Source of the DNA: Microbacteriaceae bacterium | Lineage (GTDB): Bacteria; Actinomycetota; Actinomycetes; Actinomycetales; Microbacteriaceae | Direction: 5' to 3' | Assembly: GCA_035555435.1 (NCBI GenBank) | Contig: DATMGN010000017.1 | Coordinates: 10,775-74,774 of the forward strand | Length of the DNA: 64,000 bases | In this document: positions 46,634 through 56,579 of the stretch, one piece after another | Layout of the letters: each line of letters opens with the position of its first letter | Position numbering within the stretch: the first letter of the stretch is position 1 | The notes under the pieces: model-generated | Database searches by the model: none | What the model was told of the DNA's origin: nothing | The model's input: only the letters and a program-made list of their open reading frames with translations | Position numbers and translations under genes: made by a program

Positions 46634-47833
46634 ATGTCCACTCTTGTGGAGCAGCTGCGCGAGCAGCGCAGCGCACTCATCCAGAAGGCCACCGACATCG
46701 CTCAGGCGAGCGTCGCGGAGGGCCGCAACCTCACGGTCGAGGAGCAGGCGAGCTTCGACCAGATCATCGCGGACGCTGAGGGCCTCGGCCAGCGTGCCGC
46801 CGACCTCATCGCCGCGGAGCAGCGTTCGGCCGACATCGAGGCGTCGTTCATTCCGAGCGCGCAGCGTACGGCCCCGGATGGCTCCCCGCTCGGGGATTGG
46901 GCACGGTCGGCTCAGCCCGGTGCCGCGTTCGATCTGCGAGCGTCGCGACCGGGTCTGGAGAACCGTGCGATCGAGTCGTTCCGCCGCGGTGAGCAGCGGG
47001 CGATGACGATGGGCGGCACGTCCGCTGACGCGGTCTACTCGTCACTGTGGGAGACGGCGGTTTCGACTAGCCAGATCCTGCAGGCCGGCGTGCAGATCAT
47101 CACCACTCAGGACGGCAACACGCTGCCCATGCCCGCGGTGACCGCGCACGCGGTTGGCGCTTCGGCGGCGGCGAACGCTCCCGTCAGCGCGTCGGATGCG
47201 GGCCTGTCGCTCGTGAACCTGTCGGTGTCGAAGAACGGTTACCTGACGCTCGTCCCGTACGAGCTCACCCAGGACGCCACGTTCGATCTCGACGGTTACC
47301 TGTCGCGTGCGGCGGGTCGTGAGCTGGGCAACCAGATCAGCCAGATCGCAGCCTCTGCGCTCATCGCCGGGGCGACCGTGTCGGGTGCGACTGCGCCGAC
47401 CGCGTCGGTGGCGGCGTCGGGTGTGACGTTCACGAACGCGCTGAAGACGCTGTTCTGGGCCGTCGCGGGACCGTACCGCAACCAGGGCTCCTGGCTGCTG
47501 TCGGACGGTGCTGCTGCGGCGATCGACAAGATCACCGACGCGCAGGGCCGCTACGTACTCCAGCAGGACCTCACCGGGGCGTTCCCGTTCCGGCTCCAGT
47601 CCAAGCCCGTGTTCACGGATTACACGCTGCCGGCACCTACGGGCACCGCGAAGCCGATCTACTTCGGTGACTTCTCGGCGCTCGCGGTCCGCATCGCGGG
47701 TGGTATCCGGTTCGAGCGGTCGGCGGAGTACGCGTTCGGCAACGACCAGATCGCGTACCGGGCGCTCGTGCGTACGGGCGCGGCGGTCCTCGATGTGAAC
47801 GCGATCAAGTTCCTCGCGCTCACGGCGTCCTGA
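46634..47833 (+). CDS. major capsid protein (HK97 fold)
   Basis: 399 aa. N-terminal coiled-coil delta domain MSTLVEQLREQRSALIQKATDIAQ..., typical position. Confidence 0.85.
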   Translation: MSTLVEQLREQRSALIQKATDIAQASVAEGRNLTVEEQASFDQIIADAEGLGQRAADLIAAEQRSADIEASFIPSAQRTAPDGSPLGDWARSAQPGAAFDLRASRPGLENRAIESFRRGEQRAMTMGGTSADAVYSSLWETAVSTSQILQAGVQIITTQDGNTLPMPAVTAHAVGASAAANAPVSASDAGLSLVNLSVSKNGYLTLVPYELTQDATFDLDGYLSRAAGRELGNQISQIAASALIAGATVSGATAPTASVAASGVTFTNALKTLFWAVAGPYRNQGSWLLSDGAAAAIDKITDAQGRYVLQQDLTGAFPFRLQSKPVFTDYTLPAPTGTAKPIYFGDFSALAVRIAGGIRFERSAEYAFGNDQIAYRALVRTGAAVLDVNAIKFLALTAS

Positions 47834-47848
47834 GGGGGGTGACCTGAG

Positions 47849-48268
47849 ATGGCTATTGGTGACATCCGAGGTATCCCGAATCAGTACGTCATTGTCCTGA
47901 ACGGTGAGGACCGTTCCGGGGAGACGACGAGCTGCTCGATCGGCAGGTCGGGCAAGTCGTCGCAGACGTTCGCGGAGTACCGTTCCGGCGGGGCGAAGTC
48001 CCTCAAGGCGACGGTGCTGCAGAACTTCGCGACGGGCTCGATCTGGACCATGTCGACCACACCGTCCCTCATCGGAACGAGCGTGACCGGCATGTTCCTC
48101 CCGCAGGGGTCGGCATCGGGTCGTCCGAAGTTCACGGTGACCGCGACCATCGCTGCCCCGTCCTCTGACGAGTATGTCGGTGGCGACGGCGGGGAGTCGA
48201 CGGCGGACAACCCGACGATCGACATCGAGTGGCAGCTCGTCGGCGACTGGTCTCAGGCGACGATCTGA
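47849..48268 (+). CDS. hypothetical virion protein (139 aa), candidate major tail tube or head decoration protein
   Basis: Directly after the capsid gene and followed by a 13-bp perfect stem-loop. No tube-sized gene lies between the connectors and the chaperone. Confidence 0.35.
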   Translation: MAIGDIRGIPNQYVIVLNGEDRSGETTSCSIGRSGKSSQTFAEYRSGGAKSLKATVLQNFATGSIWTMSTTPSLIGTSVTGMFLPQGSASGRPKFTVTATIAAPSSDEYVGGDGGESTADNPTIDIEWQLVGDWSQATI

Positions 48269-48275
48269 TCAAGCC

Positions 48276-48313
48276 GGGAGTGGCGGGCGTCCGTGCCTTC
48301 GCCCGCCACTCCC
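48276..48313 (+). terminator. perfect 13-bp stem-loop GGGAGTGGCGGGC / GCCCGCCACTCCC
   Basis: Arms at 48276-48288 and 48301-48313, 12-nt loop, no U-tract. May act as an attenuator or RNA stabiliser. Confidence 0.5.
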
Positions 48314-48347
48314 TCTCAAGGCACTAAGGCACCCGAAGGGCATTCGC

Positions 48348-49325
48348 GTGACTGCACCTCTGCGAATCGCGGCCGTCGAAGATGGTACGGCTTGCGGTTA
48401 CTACAGAATCCGGCTCCCGTTCGAGGAGATGCGTAAGCACGGGCACGAGATGGAGTATGCGCGCACGGCCGAACAGTTTGACGAGTCGTGGCCGATCCTC
48501 GTGGCACAGCGTTTTGGTTATCCGGGGTTCGAGCTCGAGTGGTTGAAGCTGTTTCGGAAGCACGCAATGGTGTGGGAAACCGACGACGATCTTTGGGCGA
48601 TTGATCCGGTCAATAAGCGCGCCGCGGAGGTGTTCACCCGCGACTACCTCAAGGGTCTGGAGTTTTGCGTCCGCTCGGCTCGGCTCGTGACGGTGACGAA
48701 CGATCATCTGGCTGAGCGCATGTCGCGCTTCAACCCGAACGTCGCGGTCGTGCCGAACATGATCGACGCGGCCCTGCCGACCATGAATCGCGTTCGTCGT
48801 GACAAGGTCACGATCGGTTGGGCTGGCGGCGACTCGCATCGTCGTGATCTTGCAAGGATCGTTGCTCCCCTGCATCGGATTGTGCGGACTACAGCCGCGG
48901 TCGTGCACACGATCGGTCAGGACTTCTCTGACGTGTTGCGGCTGCCAGTTGATCGGCACCGGCACACCGGGTGGGAATCAAGGCTCATCAAATACTACTC
49001 GAGCCTCGATTTCGACATCGGCCTGGCACCGATCGAGAACACCACGTTTACCCGGTCCAAGTCCTACATCAAAGCGCTCGAATATGGCGCGCTCGGCATC
49101 CCGGTGATCGCCTCCGACGTCGGCCCGTACCGGGAGTACGTCGAGGACGGGGTGACCGGGTTCCTCGTGAGGAAGGAATCGGAATGGATCGACCGCATGC
49201 AACTACTGATCGACGATGCGGACTTGCGGGAGCGGATGGGTGCTGCTGCGCGCGAGAAAGCGACCAGGCACACGATTGCGGCCGGGTGGCCTCTTTGGGA
49301 GCAGGCGTACCGTCGCGTCGCGTGA
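48348..49325 (+). CDS. GT-B fold glycosyltransferase (GT1/GT4-like) within the structural module
   Basis: GTG 48348. ...SKSYIKALEYGALGIPVIASDVGPYREYVEDGVTGFLV... is the typical C-terminal donor-binding motif. Confidence 0.75.
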   Translation: MTAPLRIAAVEDGTACGYYRIRLPFEEMRKHGHEMEYARTAEQFDESWPILVAQRFGYPGFELEWLKLFRKHAMVWETDDDLWAIDPVNKRAAEVFTRDYLKGLEFCVRSARLVTVTNDHLAERMSRFNPNVAVVPNMIDAALPTMNRVRRDKVTIGWAGGDSHRRDLARIVAPLHRIVRTTAAVVHTIGQDFSDVLRLPVDRHRHTGWESRLIKYYSSLDFDIGLAPIENTTFTRSKSYIKALEYGALGIPVIASDVGPYREYVEDGVTGFLVRKESEWIDRMQLLIDDADLRERMGAAAREKATRHTIAAGWPLWEQAYRRVA

Positions 49326-49380
49326 CGTGGCCGCCGGCGACTGAGACTGCGGTGCCGCCGCGTCGTGAGGAGGTGCGCTG

Positions 49381-49716
49381 ATGGCCGTCACGTACCAGCA
49401 GGTACTCGCCGAGGCGGGTGCCGGCGCGAACGACAAGACGCTCGCGGAGCGTGTTCTCGCTGAGGCGGAGGAGCATGTTACTGACTTCCTCGCCGAGAAC
49501 CTGCTCGACGAGTCGCGTCCCGTGCCGTCTGAGGTTGCAGATTCGGCGGTGCTGCGCTGCGCGGTGGATTTGTTCGCCCGCGCGAATGCCCCGTTCGGCA
49601 CTCAGGTGCTCCCGGACGGGTCGGGGCAGATGATCGCCCAGCGTCTCGGCGCGGACCCGCTCGGCGGCGTGTATGCACTCGTGCGCGCATGGGCGGCAAG
49701 GGTCGGCCTCGGATGA
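49381..49716 (+). CDS. head-tail connector (gp6-like)
   Basis: 111 aa. Position and ...EHVTDFLAENLL...LRCAVDLFAR... pattern. Confidence 0.6.
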   Translation: MAVTYQQVLAEAGAGANDKTLAERVLAEAEEHVTDFLAENLLDESRPVPSEVADSAVLRCAVDLFARANAPFGTQVLPDGSGQMIAQRLGADPLGGVYALVRAWAARVGLG

Positions 49717-50153
49717 GCGACGAAGAGCTCCCGGACGAGACGCCCGAGGAGCCGCCGGCCCCGACGTCCGACCTGGCCTCTGCTCGTACTGCGCTCGCGA
49801 CACTGCTGAACTCGATCGAGGGTGTGCGCGCGGTCACCGAGATCCCGAAGACGTTCACCCCGCCGATCGTGTGGATCGCCGCGGGTCTGCCGTATCGTCA
49901 GCGGGCGCAGGCGATCGGCCGTAAGCGCATCAACCTCGTCGCGGTGTGCCTCGGTGGGATGTCTACGAACGACGCGTCCCTCGCTGCTACAGAGGAGCTC
50001 GCCGAGCTCGTCGCCGACAAGGTCGACACGTCCACCGTGTTCGCGTTGGACCCGACCGCCGAGATGGATCAGCCGCGCCTCTACCCGTCGGCGCAGAACC
50101 AGGAGATGCTCGGCATCGCCGTCAACATCATGTGCGAGTCCACTCGTGGTTGA
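49713..50153 (+). CDS. head-tail joining / tail completion protein (DUF3168-like)
   Basis: 146 aa. ATGA overlap. ...IPKTFTPPIVWIAAG... Confidence 0.5.
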   Translation: MSDEELPDETPEEPPAPTSDLASARTALATLLNSIEGVRAVTEIPKTFTPPIVWIAAGLPYRQRAQAIGRKRINLVAVCLGGMSTNDASLAATEELAELVADKVDTSTVFALDPTAEMDQPRLYPSAQNQEMLGIAVNIMCESTRG

Positions 50154-50646
50154 CATCGAGTGGAACACGAAGCAGCTGGCGGCGCTCGCAAAGTCGATGC
50201 AAGCCGACCGCGACGGGCGTGCGCTGCGGAAGCAGATGAACGCCCAGTTCGACTCGATCACTGAGGACCTCCGCGATCGGCTCTACCGGGGCGTGAGCTC
50301 CCTTCCCGGTGTTGGTTCGTACTCACGGGATTTGGCCGAGTCGGTGCAGTTCAAAACGAAGCTCATCGGTGGCAAGAACGCTCGCGTGTCGATCGTCGGT
50401 ACTGGCAAGACCGCGAAGGGTAAGACCCGCGAGACCGGCAAGCTCCTCGAGGCCGGTTACTTGTACCACCCGGCATGGGGCTACTGGCGGTCGAGTCCAC
50501 CACCTGCGAGCTTGCGCCAGCAAGTCCCTGCGGGTCCCCGAATGGTGACCGATGCGCTGAGCCGTTCCGAACCGAACGTCCGCTCGGAGATCCTCTACGT
50601 CCTGAATGACTACCTCGATCGACTCACTGAAATACGAAAGGCATGA
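50146..50646 (+). CDS. HK97 gp10-like neck/tail component
   Basis: GTG 50146. 166 aa. Position before the chaperone. Confidence 0.5.
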   Translation: MVDIEWNTKQLAALAKSMQADRDGRALRKQMNAQFDSITEDLRDRLYRGVSSLPGVGSYSRDLAESVQFKTKLIGGKNARVSIVGTGKTAKGKTRETGKLLEAGYLYHPAWGYWRSSPPPASLRQQVPAGPRMVTDALSRSEPNVRSEILYVLNDYLDRLTEIRKA

Positions 50647-50933
50647 CCATGAGCAAGACCCTTACTGCTAACGAAGTGTCCGAGTCCCTCACCGGCTTCG
50701 ATGAGATCGCGATCAAGCAGCAGTTCGGCGGCACGATCCGCACTCTCACTCAGGAAGATCCGACTCAGTACATGCGCGCACTCGTGTTCGTTCTCGAGCG
50801 TCGTGCCGGCAAGAAGGATGCGGAGGCGTACCACGTCGCCCAGTCCATGTCGCTGATCGAGGTCAAGGACCGGCTGCCGCAGGAGGACGCGAACGCGGAT
50901 TTCGACGAGCAGCCGACTACGACGACGCCCTGA
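50643..50933 (+). CDS. tail assembly chaperone (G-like)
   Basis: 96 aa, acidic. Immediately upstream of the tape measure gene. Confidence 0.65.
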   Translation: MTMSKTLTANEVSESLTGFDEIAIKQQFGGTIRTLTQEDPTQYMRALVFVLERRAGKKDAEAYHVAQSMSLIEVKDRLPQEDANADFDEQPTTTTP

Positions 50934-51073
50934 CGATCGCCTACTGGTGCGCGGCGACCGGGCAACCGGCGTCGTCATGGTTCACCCTCGACCGTCTTCA
51001 ACGGCACGCGTTCCTTGATGTCGCGAAAGAGATCGCCGACGAACGCAAGAAAGCGGCTAAGCGTAGGAGGTGA
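50933..51073 (+). CDS. -1 frame extension of the tail assembly chaperone (GT-like product)
   Basis: 47-codon open frame (TIAYWCAATGQPASSWFTLDRLQRHAFLDVAKEIADERKKAAKRRR) with no in-frame ATG/GTG/TTG. Ends 3 nt before the tape measure start. Confidence 0.55.
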   Translation, partial: TIAYWCAATGQPASSWFTLDRLQRHAFLDVAKEIADERKKAAKRRR

Positions 51074-51076
51074 CCC

Positions 51077-53110
51077 GTGGCGAAAGACGTCCAGATTGAT
51101 CTGATCGTTGATCCGAAGAAGGCGATCAAGGGAATCGACGACGTTTCGGATCGGGCCGAAACAGCCTCCAAGGTCCTCGCTGGTCTCGGCGGGTTCGCTG
51201 CGGGCGCACTCGCGGTCGGTGCGGCGGGTGCTGCAGCGCTCGGCGGCGCGGTCGTGTCGGCGTATGCGGACTTCGAGCAGCTCGCTGGCGGTGTCGACAA
51301 GCTGTTCGGTGACGCGTCGGATTCGGTCATGGAGTACGCGTCGCGCGCTGCGGAGTCGGCGGGTCTGTCGACGAACCGCTACTTGGACACGGTCACGTCG
51401 TTCAGCGCGTCCCTGATCTCCGGTCTGGGCGGCGACCAGGCGAAGGCCGCGCAGATCGCGGACATCGCGATCACCGACATGGCCGATAACGCGAACACGT
51501 TCGGCACGTCGATGGAGATGCTCCAGACGACGTATCAGGGCTTCGCCAAGGGCCAGTTCGCGATGCTCGACAACCTCAAGCTCGGCTATGGCGGCACGGC
51601 CGGTGAGATGGCGCGCCTCATCAACGACTCCGGTGTGCTCAACGGTGCGTTCGAGGTGACCGCGCAGAACGTCAAGGACATTCCGTTCTCGACGATGGTC
51701 GAGGCGATTCACCAAGTCCAGACCGAGCTCAACATCACGGGCACGACGGCGAAGGAAGCCGCGTCGACGATCACTGGATCGTTCGAGGCGACCAAGGCGT
51801 CGCTCATGAACCTCGTCACTGGTCTCGGCGACGCGAACGCGGACTTCGATGCGCTCGTGAGCAGTCTCGCGACGAACGCCGGGAACCTCATCGCGAACGT
51901 CGCTGGGGTGCTCGAGCAGCTCGCGACCGGTCTGCCGCAGATCGTTCCGACGTTGCTCGCCGCGGTGGAGAAGCTCGTCCCGACGCTCCTCGAGGTCGGC
52001 GCGAGGCTCGTCGAGGCGGTCCTGGATGGCCTGATCAAGATGGCACCGGCACTGATCAGTGGAGCGGTCCCCCTCATCCTCAATCTCGTCACCGGTCTGC
52101 TGCGGCAGGTCCCCGCGCTCCTGACGGCGGGTGTGCAGATCGTCGTCGCGGTCGTGCAGGGCATTGCCCGGGCCCTACCGACGTTGATCCCGTCGGTCGT
52201 GAAGGCGATCGTCAACGGCATTCTCACGTTGACGTCGCCAACCAATCTGAACGCACTGCTCAAGGCGGGCCTCGGGTTGGTGACGGGACTCGTCAAGGGC
52301 ATCATCACGGCGTTGCCGATCATCATTGACGCACTGCCGACGATCATTCTCAACATCGTCAACTTTATTGTGGGCGCGATTCCGCAGCTGATTGATGCGG
52401 GTATTCAACTGTTCATGTCGATCGTTGCCGCTTTGCCGGACATCATCCACGGCATTGTTGCCGCGATTCCGAAGATCATCGTCGGCATCACGACCGCGTT
52501 GGTCGAGGCGATCCCGGCGCTCATCACGGGCGGGATCGAACTGTTCGTCGCGCTCATCGCCGAGCTGCCGACCATCATCGTCGAGATTGTTAAGGCGATT
52601 CCCGAGATCGTGGTCGGCATTGTCACGGCGTTCACGAAGCCGGAGACGATGGCGCGGATGGCGCAGGCCGGTATGAGTCTCATTCAGGGCCTCATCGACG
52701 GTATCGGCAGCATGGTCGGAGCGGTCGTGAAGTCTGTTGAGGATGTTGCGAACAGCATCGTCGGGGGCATCGCGGACTTCCTGGGCATCCACTCGCCGTC
52801 GACTGTGTTCGCGGACATTGGTCGTTACTCGATCATGGGCCTAGAGAAGGGTCTGAGTGGTCGGAACAACATCAGCTCGATCATGGGGAAGCTCTCCGGG
52901 CAAGTTGCTGGTGGTTTCGCTGGGGCCCTTGCGGCGGATGCGAAGATCACGGTCGCGCGTTCCTACGGTGCGGCGGACGAGTCCAGTGTCACCGCCCCAC
53001 GCTCGATCACTGTGAACAACACGTACAACGTGGGCGATCAGGATCCGCGTCTCGTGGGTCGTCAAGCTGGCCGTGAGGTCATGCGTCAGTTGGCTGGGGT
53101 GCTGGTGTGA
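51077..53110 (+). CDS. tape measure protein
   Basis: 677 aa. Ala/Gly/Leu/Ile-rich helical repeats. Position after the chaperones. Confidence 0.88.
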   Translation: MAKDVQIDLIVDPKKAIKGIDDVSDRAETASKVLAGLGGFAAGALAVGAAGAAALGGAVVSAYADFEQLAGGVDKLFGDASDSVMEYASRAAESAGLSTNRYLDTVTSFSASLISGLGGDQAKAAQIADIAITDMADNANTFGTSMEMLQTTYQGFAKGQFAMLDNLKLGYGGTAGEMARLINDSGVLNGAFEVTAQNVKDIPFSTMVEAIHQVQTELNITGTTAKEAASTITGSFEATKASLMNLVTGLGDANADFDALVSSLATNAGNLIANVAGVLEQLATGLPQIVPTLLAAVEKLVPTLLEVGARLVEAVLDGLIKMAPALISGAVPLILNLVTGLLRQVPALLTAGVQIVVAVVQGIARALPTLIPSVVKAIVNGILTLTSPTNLNALLKAGLGLVTGLVKGIITALPIIIDALPTIILNIVNFIVGAIPQLIDAGIQLFMSIVAALPDIIHGIVAAIPKIIVGITTALVEAIPALITGGIELFVALIAELPTIIVEIVKAIPEIVVGIVTAFTKPETMARMAQAGMSLIQGLIDGIGSMVGAVVKSVEDVANSIVGGIADFLGIHSPSTVFADIGRYSIMGLEKGLSGRNNISSIMGKLSGQVAGGFAGALAADAKITVARSYGAADESSVTAPRSITVNNTYNVGDQDPRLVGRQAGREVMRQLAGVLV

Positions 53111-53946
53111 TCATCGAACTGGCGGGTATCACGTTCGCGGATTCAGGTCGTGGTTGGGTGTTCGCCGATCTCGTGGACTGGTACACGGTTCCCGACTCGA
53201 AGGCAGAAGATGAGTCGATTCCGCAGGGTCATGGGTCGTTTGATCCCGGCGTGGATTGGCGGTCTTCGGCGGCGATTTCGTTCACGGCTGCGTATATCGG
53301 CAACTCAGCAGCGGAAGTACTTGAGGCGGTCGAGGAGTTCAACTCTGCCGGGACGTCTGAGGACATCCAGGTCATGCGCGTCACTGATGTGTTGCGGGCG
53401 ACGAGTCGGCAAGTATCGATCCGCCGTATCGGTGTACCAGACTTCTATAACTACGACTCGTTCGAAGCACAGTTCGCGGTGGATGTGCTCGCGTGGGATC
53501 CGCTGCGGTATGGCGATCCTGTAGTCACAACTACGGGTTTGCCGTCCTTGTCGGGTGGTCTCGCGTTCCCGATTGTGTTCCCGATTGATTTCGCGTCGGC
53601 TGGTGATCCGGGGCGCCTGGTCTTGACGAACGCGGGTAAGCAGCCATCGCGGCCGCAGTTCACAGTGACGGGTGGGTTGGCTGGCGGGTTCTCGCTGGTC
53701 TGTATTGAGACGGGGCAGGAGATCCGTTTCGAGTTCCCGCTGTCGGTCTCGGACGTCGTGACAGTGGATGCTCGGTCGGGTCAGGCGTGGATCAATGACG
53801 AGTCGAATGTCCTCTCGGGCTACCTCACAAAGTCGGAGTGGTTCCCAGTGCCGGCTGGTGGGGTGCGGACGGTGCAGTTCAATGCGATCGGCGCGGTCAC
53901 GGGGACGCCGACGTTGACGGGCATTGTGTCCCCGGCTTGGTTGTGA
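53107..53946 (+). CDS. distal tail protein (Dit-like)
   Basis: 279 aa. GTGA overlap with the tape measure stop. Confidence 0.65.
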   Translation: MIIELAGITFADSGRGWVFADLVDWYTVPDSKAEDESIPQGHGSFDPGVDWRSSAAISFTAAYIGNSAAEVLEAVEEFNSAGTSEDIQVMRVTDVLRATSRQVSIRRIGVPDFYNYDSFEAQFAVDVLAWDPLRYGDPVVTTTGLPSLSGGLAFPIVFPIDFASAGDPGRLVLTNAGKQPSRPQFTVTGGLAGGFSLVCIETGQEIRFEFPLSVSDVVTVDARSGQAWINDESNVLSGYLTKSEWFPVPAGGVRTVQFNAIGAVTGTPTLTGIVSPAWL

Positions 53947-53953
53947 GGTTGTC

Positions 53954-55204
53954 GTGGAGGTTGTGACGCGGGTTCTGATCGGGGATCTGCTGACGGGGCG
54001 TCGCATTCTCGATATTCCGTACTCGAAGTTGTCGTGGAGTGTGTCGCGGAATGCGGCCGAGTCGATCAGCTTGACGGTGCCGTTGACGTCTCGTCTGGTG
54101 CGTCGGTTGGATTTGCGCAACGCGACGACGCCGGCGAAGACGTTCATGGCGGTCTTGTTGGATGATGTGCCGATTGCGGCGGGTCCGATTTGGCGTCGCC
54201 AGTATGCGAAGGCGACCGGGTTGTTGGATCTCGCGGCGGCGGGCATGTGGTCGTATTTCGATCACCGGCACATCATTCCGGCATTGGCTGCATCGCAGGG
54301 TGTGGTGGATCCGGTGACGGGTGAGTCGATCAACGACACGGTCTTGACGAATCTGTCGTACGGGACGATCGCGAAGCGCATCGTGCAGCAGGCTCGCACT
54401 TGGACGGGCGGCAACGTGCCGATCGTGTTCCAGGATGATGAGGCTGGAACGTACACGCGCACCTATTTGGGTGCGACGCTCAAGAAAGTTGGCGAAGCCC
54501 TCGCGGACTTCATCGACTTGAGGAACGGCATCGACATTCGCTTCCAGCCGCGGTTCACGTCGGACCGGCTTGGCATCGAATGGGTGTTGCAGACCGGGAC
54601 TCTCACGCAGCCGTATCTTCGTTCCCCGCAGGTGCATCGTTGGGATTACACGGTCCCGAAGCCGTCGATCCGGAACCTGTCCGAAGTGGAGGACGCGTCT
54701 CGGATGGCGGGGCTCGCGTGGTTCACGTCGGGCCGTCAGGAGGGTACGGCCCTCGCGGTCCAGTCCTCAGATGGTGTGCTGGCGGGTGCGGGGTATCCGC
54801 TGCTTGAACTCGCGGATGCGTCCCATTCGGATGTGACGATCGAAGCGACGTTGCAGGAGTATGCGGACAACGCGATCCTCCTGGGTCGGGCACCGATGTC
54901 GGCGTGGTCGTTCGAAGCGAAAGCGTCGGGCAGTCCGCGTGCGGGCCAGTATTGGCCGGGCGATCTTGCGGAGATCCTGGTTGGCGATGATCCGTGGCTC
55001 GGAAACCGTTGGGGCACGACGGTGCCGACCGATCTTCTGCCAGCCCCGGACCTGTATCCGTCCGATGATCTCCTCCCGGATGGTGGGTCGTTCTATTTCC
55101 CACCGAAGCCGGTGACGCATGTGCGGGAGATCGCGTCGATCTCGGGGGATGAGAAGAGCCGTTGGGTTTCCGTTGTGACCGAAGAGCAGATTGAGGTGAG
55201 CTGA
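53954..55204 (+). CDS. tail tip / baseplate hub minor tail protein (Tal-like)
   Basis: GTG 53954 after GAGG. ...RVLIGDLLTGRRILDIPYSKLSWS... Confidence 0.6.
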   Translation: MEVVTRVLIGDLLTGRRILDIPYSKLSWSVSRNAAESISLTVPLTSRLVRRLDLRNATTPAKTFMAVLLDDVPIAAGPIWRRQYAKATGLLDLAAAGMWSYFDHRHIIPALAASQGVVDPVTGESINDTVLTNLSYGTIAKRIVQQARTWTGGNVPIVFQDDEAGTYTRTYLGATLKKVGEALADFIDLRNGIDIRFQPRFTSDRLGIEWVLQTGTLTQPYLRSPQVHRWDYTVPKPSIRNLSEVEDASRMAGLAWFTSGRQEGTALAVQSSDGVLAGAGYPLLELADASHSDVTIEATLQEYADNAILLGRAPMSAWSFEAKASGSPRAGQYWPGDLAEILVGDDPWLGNRWGTTVPTDLLPAPDLYPSDDLLPDGGSFYFPPKPVTHVREIASISGDEKSRWVSVVTEEQIEVS

Positions 55205-56499
55205 TGCCGTTCGATCCGATCGTCTTCGCGGACCGTAGTAAGCCGGCGTTGAATGCGGCCGCGCTCGCGCATATGCAGACGCAGTACGACCAGGCTGTTG
55301 CGGATGCTGCTACGGCAGCAAATGCCGCATATGGGCAGGTGTTCCAGGTGTCGGCATACGAGACGATCCACGCCGCCTATGCGGCTCTCGTCAGCGCGGG
55401 CGGCGGCACGCTTCAGATTCGTGGTGACGTTTCCGTGGAAACCGATTTCATTATGAGCGAGAACGTGACATGCCTGGTTGATGGGTACGGAGGGCGGCTC
55501 CTTCCTGCGCCGGGTGTCATCGCCCTCGGCATGGAAGTTGGACCATCCGACGTGACGTTGATTGCCGTCGAGGGGCTCGAGATCGATGCCACCAACCAGG
55601 GCGGAACGGCGGGTGGCGCAACCGGAATCCGAGTGAAGGACCACCTCGGCGCAGTGATCCGCGACGTTGTTATCAAGCAGTGCGCGACAGGCATCCTCAT
55701 CACCGATAGCCCCGGAAAGTGGTCGGAGTCATCCCAGCTCGATGCCGTCCGTATCGAGGAATGCGCGATCGGGATCGACGTGCAGAACGACGGCGGCACT
55801 GGATCATTCGGCTATGCCGGTTGGGGGCGCGTCGCGATCTACGGTGTCCCCGAAGGCGGCGTCGGCTTCCGTGTCGGTGCTGGCGCAAACCTATACCACT
55901 TCACGCTCGCGCGGCTCGTGGTGCAGACGTCAGGCGCCGTCGCGTCGGGCACCGCGACCCTTATGGAAGTCGCTGGAGTCATCCGACGCGACAGTACGAT
56001 CAACGCTGTATTTGAGTCCTCGGCCTCAGCATTCTCGGGCACCCGAAACGGCCTGGCGCTCGTCTCGGGCGCGACCATCGACGGCCTGGGCCTCCGTGCC
56101 TATTTTCAAGGCACGTTCACGAACAAGATCTACAACCCCGCGACAGTCGCATTCCAGTTCCGCGAGGACAACGACCGCGACTTGAAGGCCAGCGCCTCCG
56201 GGCAAGACCTCGCCGACTATTGGGTGTTCGGCGACGCATTCGCGCGGACGATCATGAGACCCGGCCGCATCATGCTGGGGTCCGGCGCGGCGGCCCCGGA
56301 CGCGCAGATTGTGCGCTGGGGCCCCGACCTGGCGGGGCCGGACACGGGCGACTCATGGCGTGTCGACGGCACCTGGAACGGCGGCAATCTCCGCCTCGGC
56401 AACTACCGGCTATGGGTCGACGCATCAGGGAATCTTCGCATCAAGTCCTCGGCCCCGTCCTCGGATATGGACGGCACGGTAGTCGGCGCTCAGTCCTGA
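55204..56499 (+). CDS. minor tail protein with right-handed beta-helix (pectate-lyase-like) domain, candidate depolymerase
   Basis: 431 aa. ...GGGTLQIRGDV..., ...IRVKDHLGAVIRDVVIKQCATGILITDS..., repeated GxxI/V turns. Confidence 0.6.
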   Translation: MPFDPIVFADRSKPALNAAALAHMQTQYDQAVADAATAANAAYGQVFQVSAYETIHAAYAALVSAGGGTLQIRGDVSVETDFIMSENVTCLVDGYGGRLLPAPGVIALGMEVGPSDVTLIAVEGLEIDATNQGGTAGGATGIRVKDHLGAVIRDVVIKQCATGILITDSPGKWSESSQLDAVRIEECAIGIDVQNDGGTGSFGYAGWGRVAIYGVPEGGVGFRVGAGANLYHFTLARLVVQTSGAVASGTATLMEVAGVIRRDSTINAVFESSASAFSGTRNGLALVSGATIDGLGLRAYFQGTFTNKIYNPATVAFQFREDNDRDLKASASGQDLADYWVFGDAFARTIMRPGRIMLGSGAAAPDAQIVRWGPDLAGPDTGDSWRVDGTWNGGNLRLGNYRLWVDASGNLRIKSSAPSSDMDGTVVGAQS

Positions 56500-56579
56500 C
56501 AAGACCGGTTATCTGCCCCACTCGGCGAGCTCGGAAGTCTCGTCGAGTTCGTTGCTTTCCTTCCGTGAGGAGCAGATCG

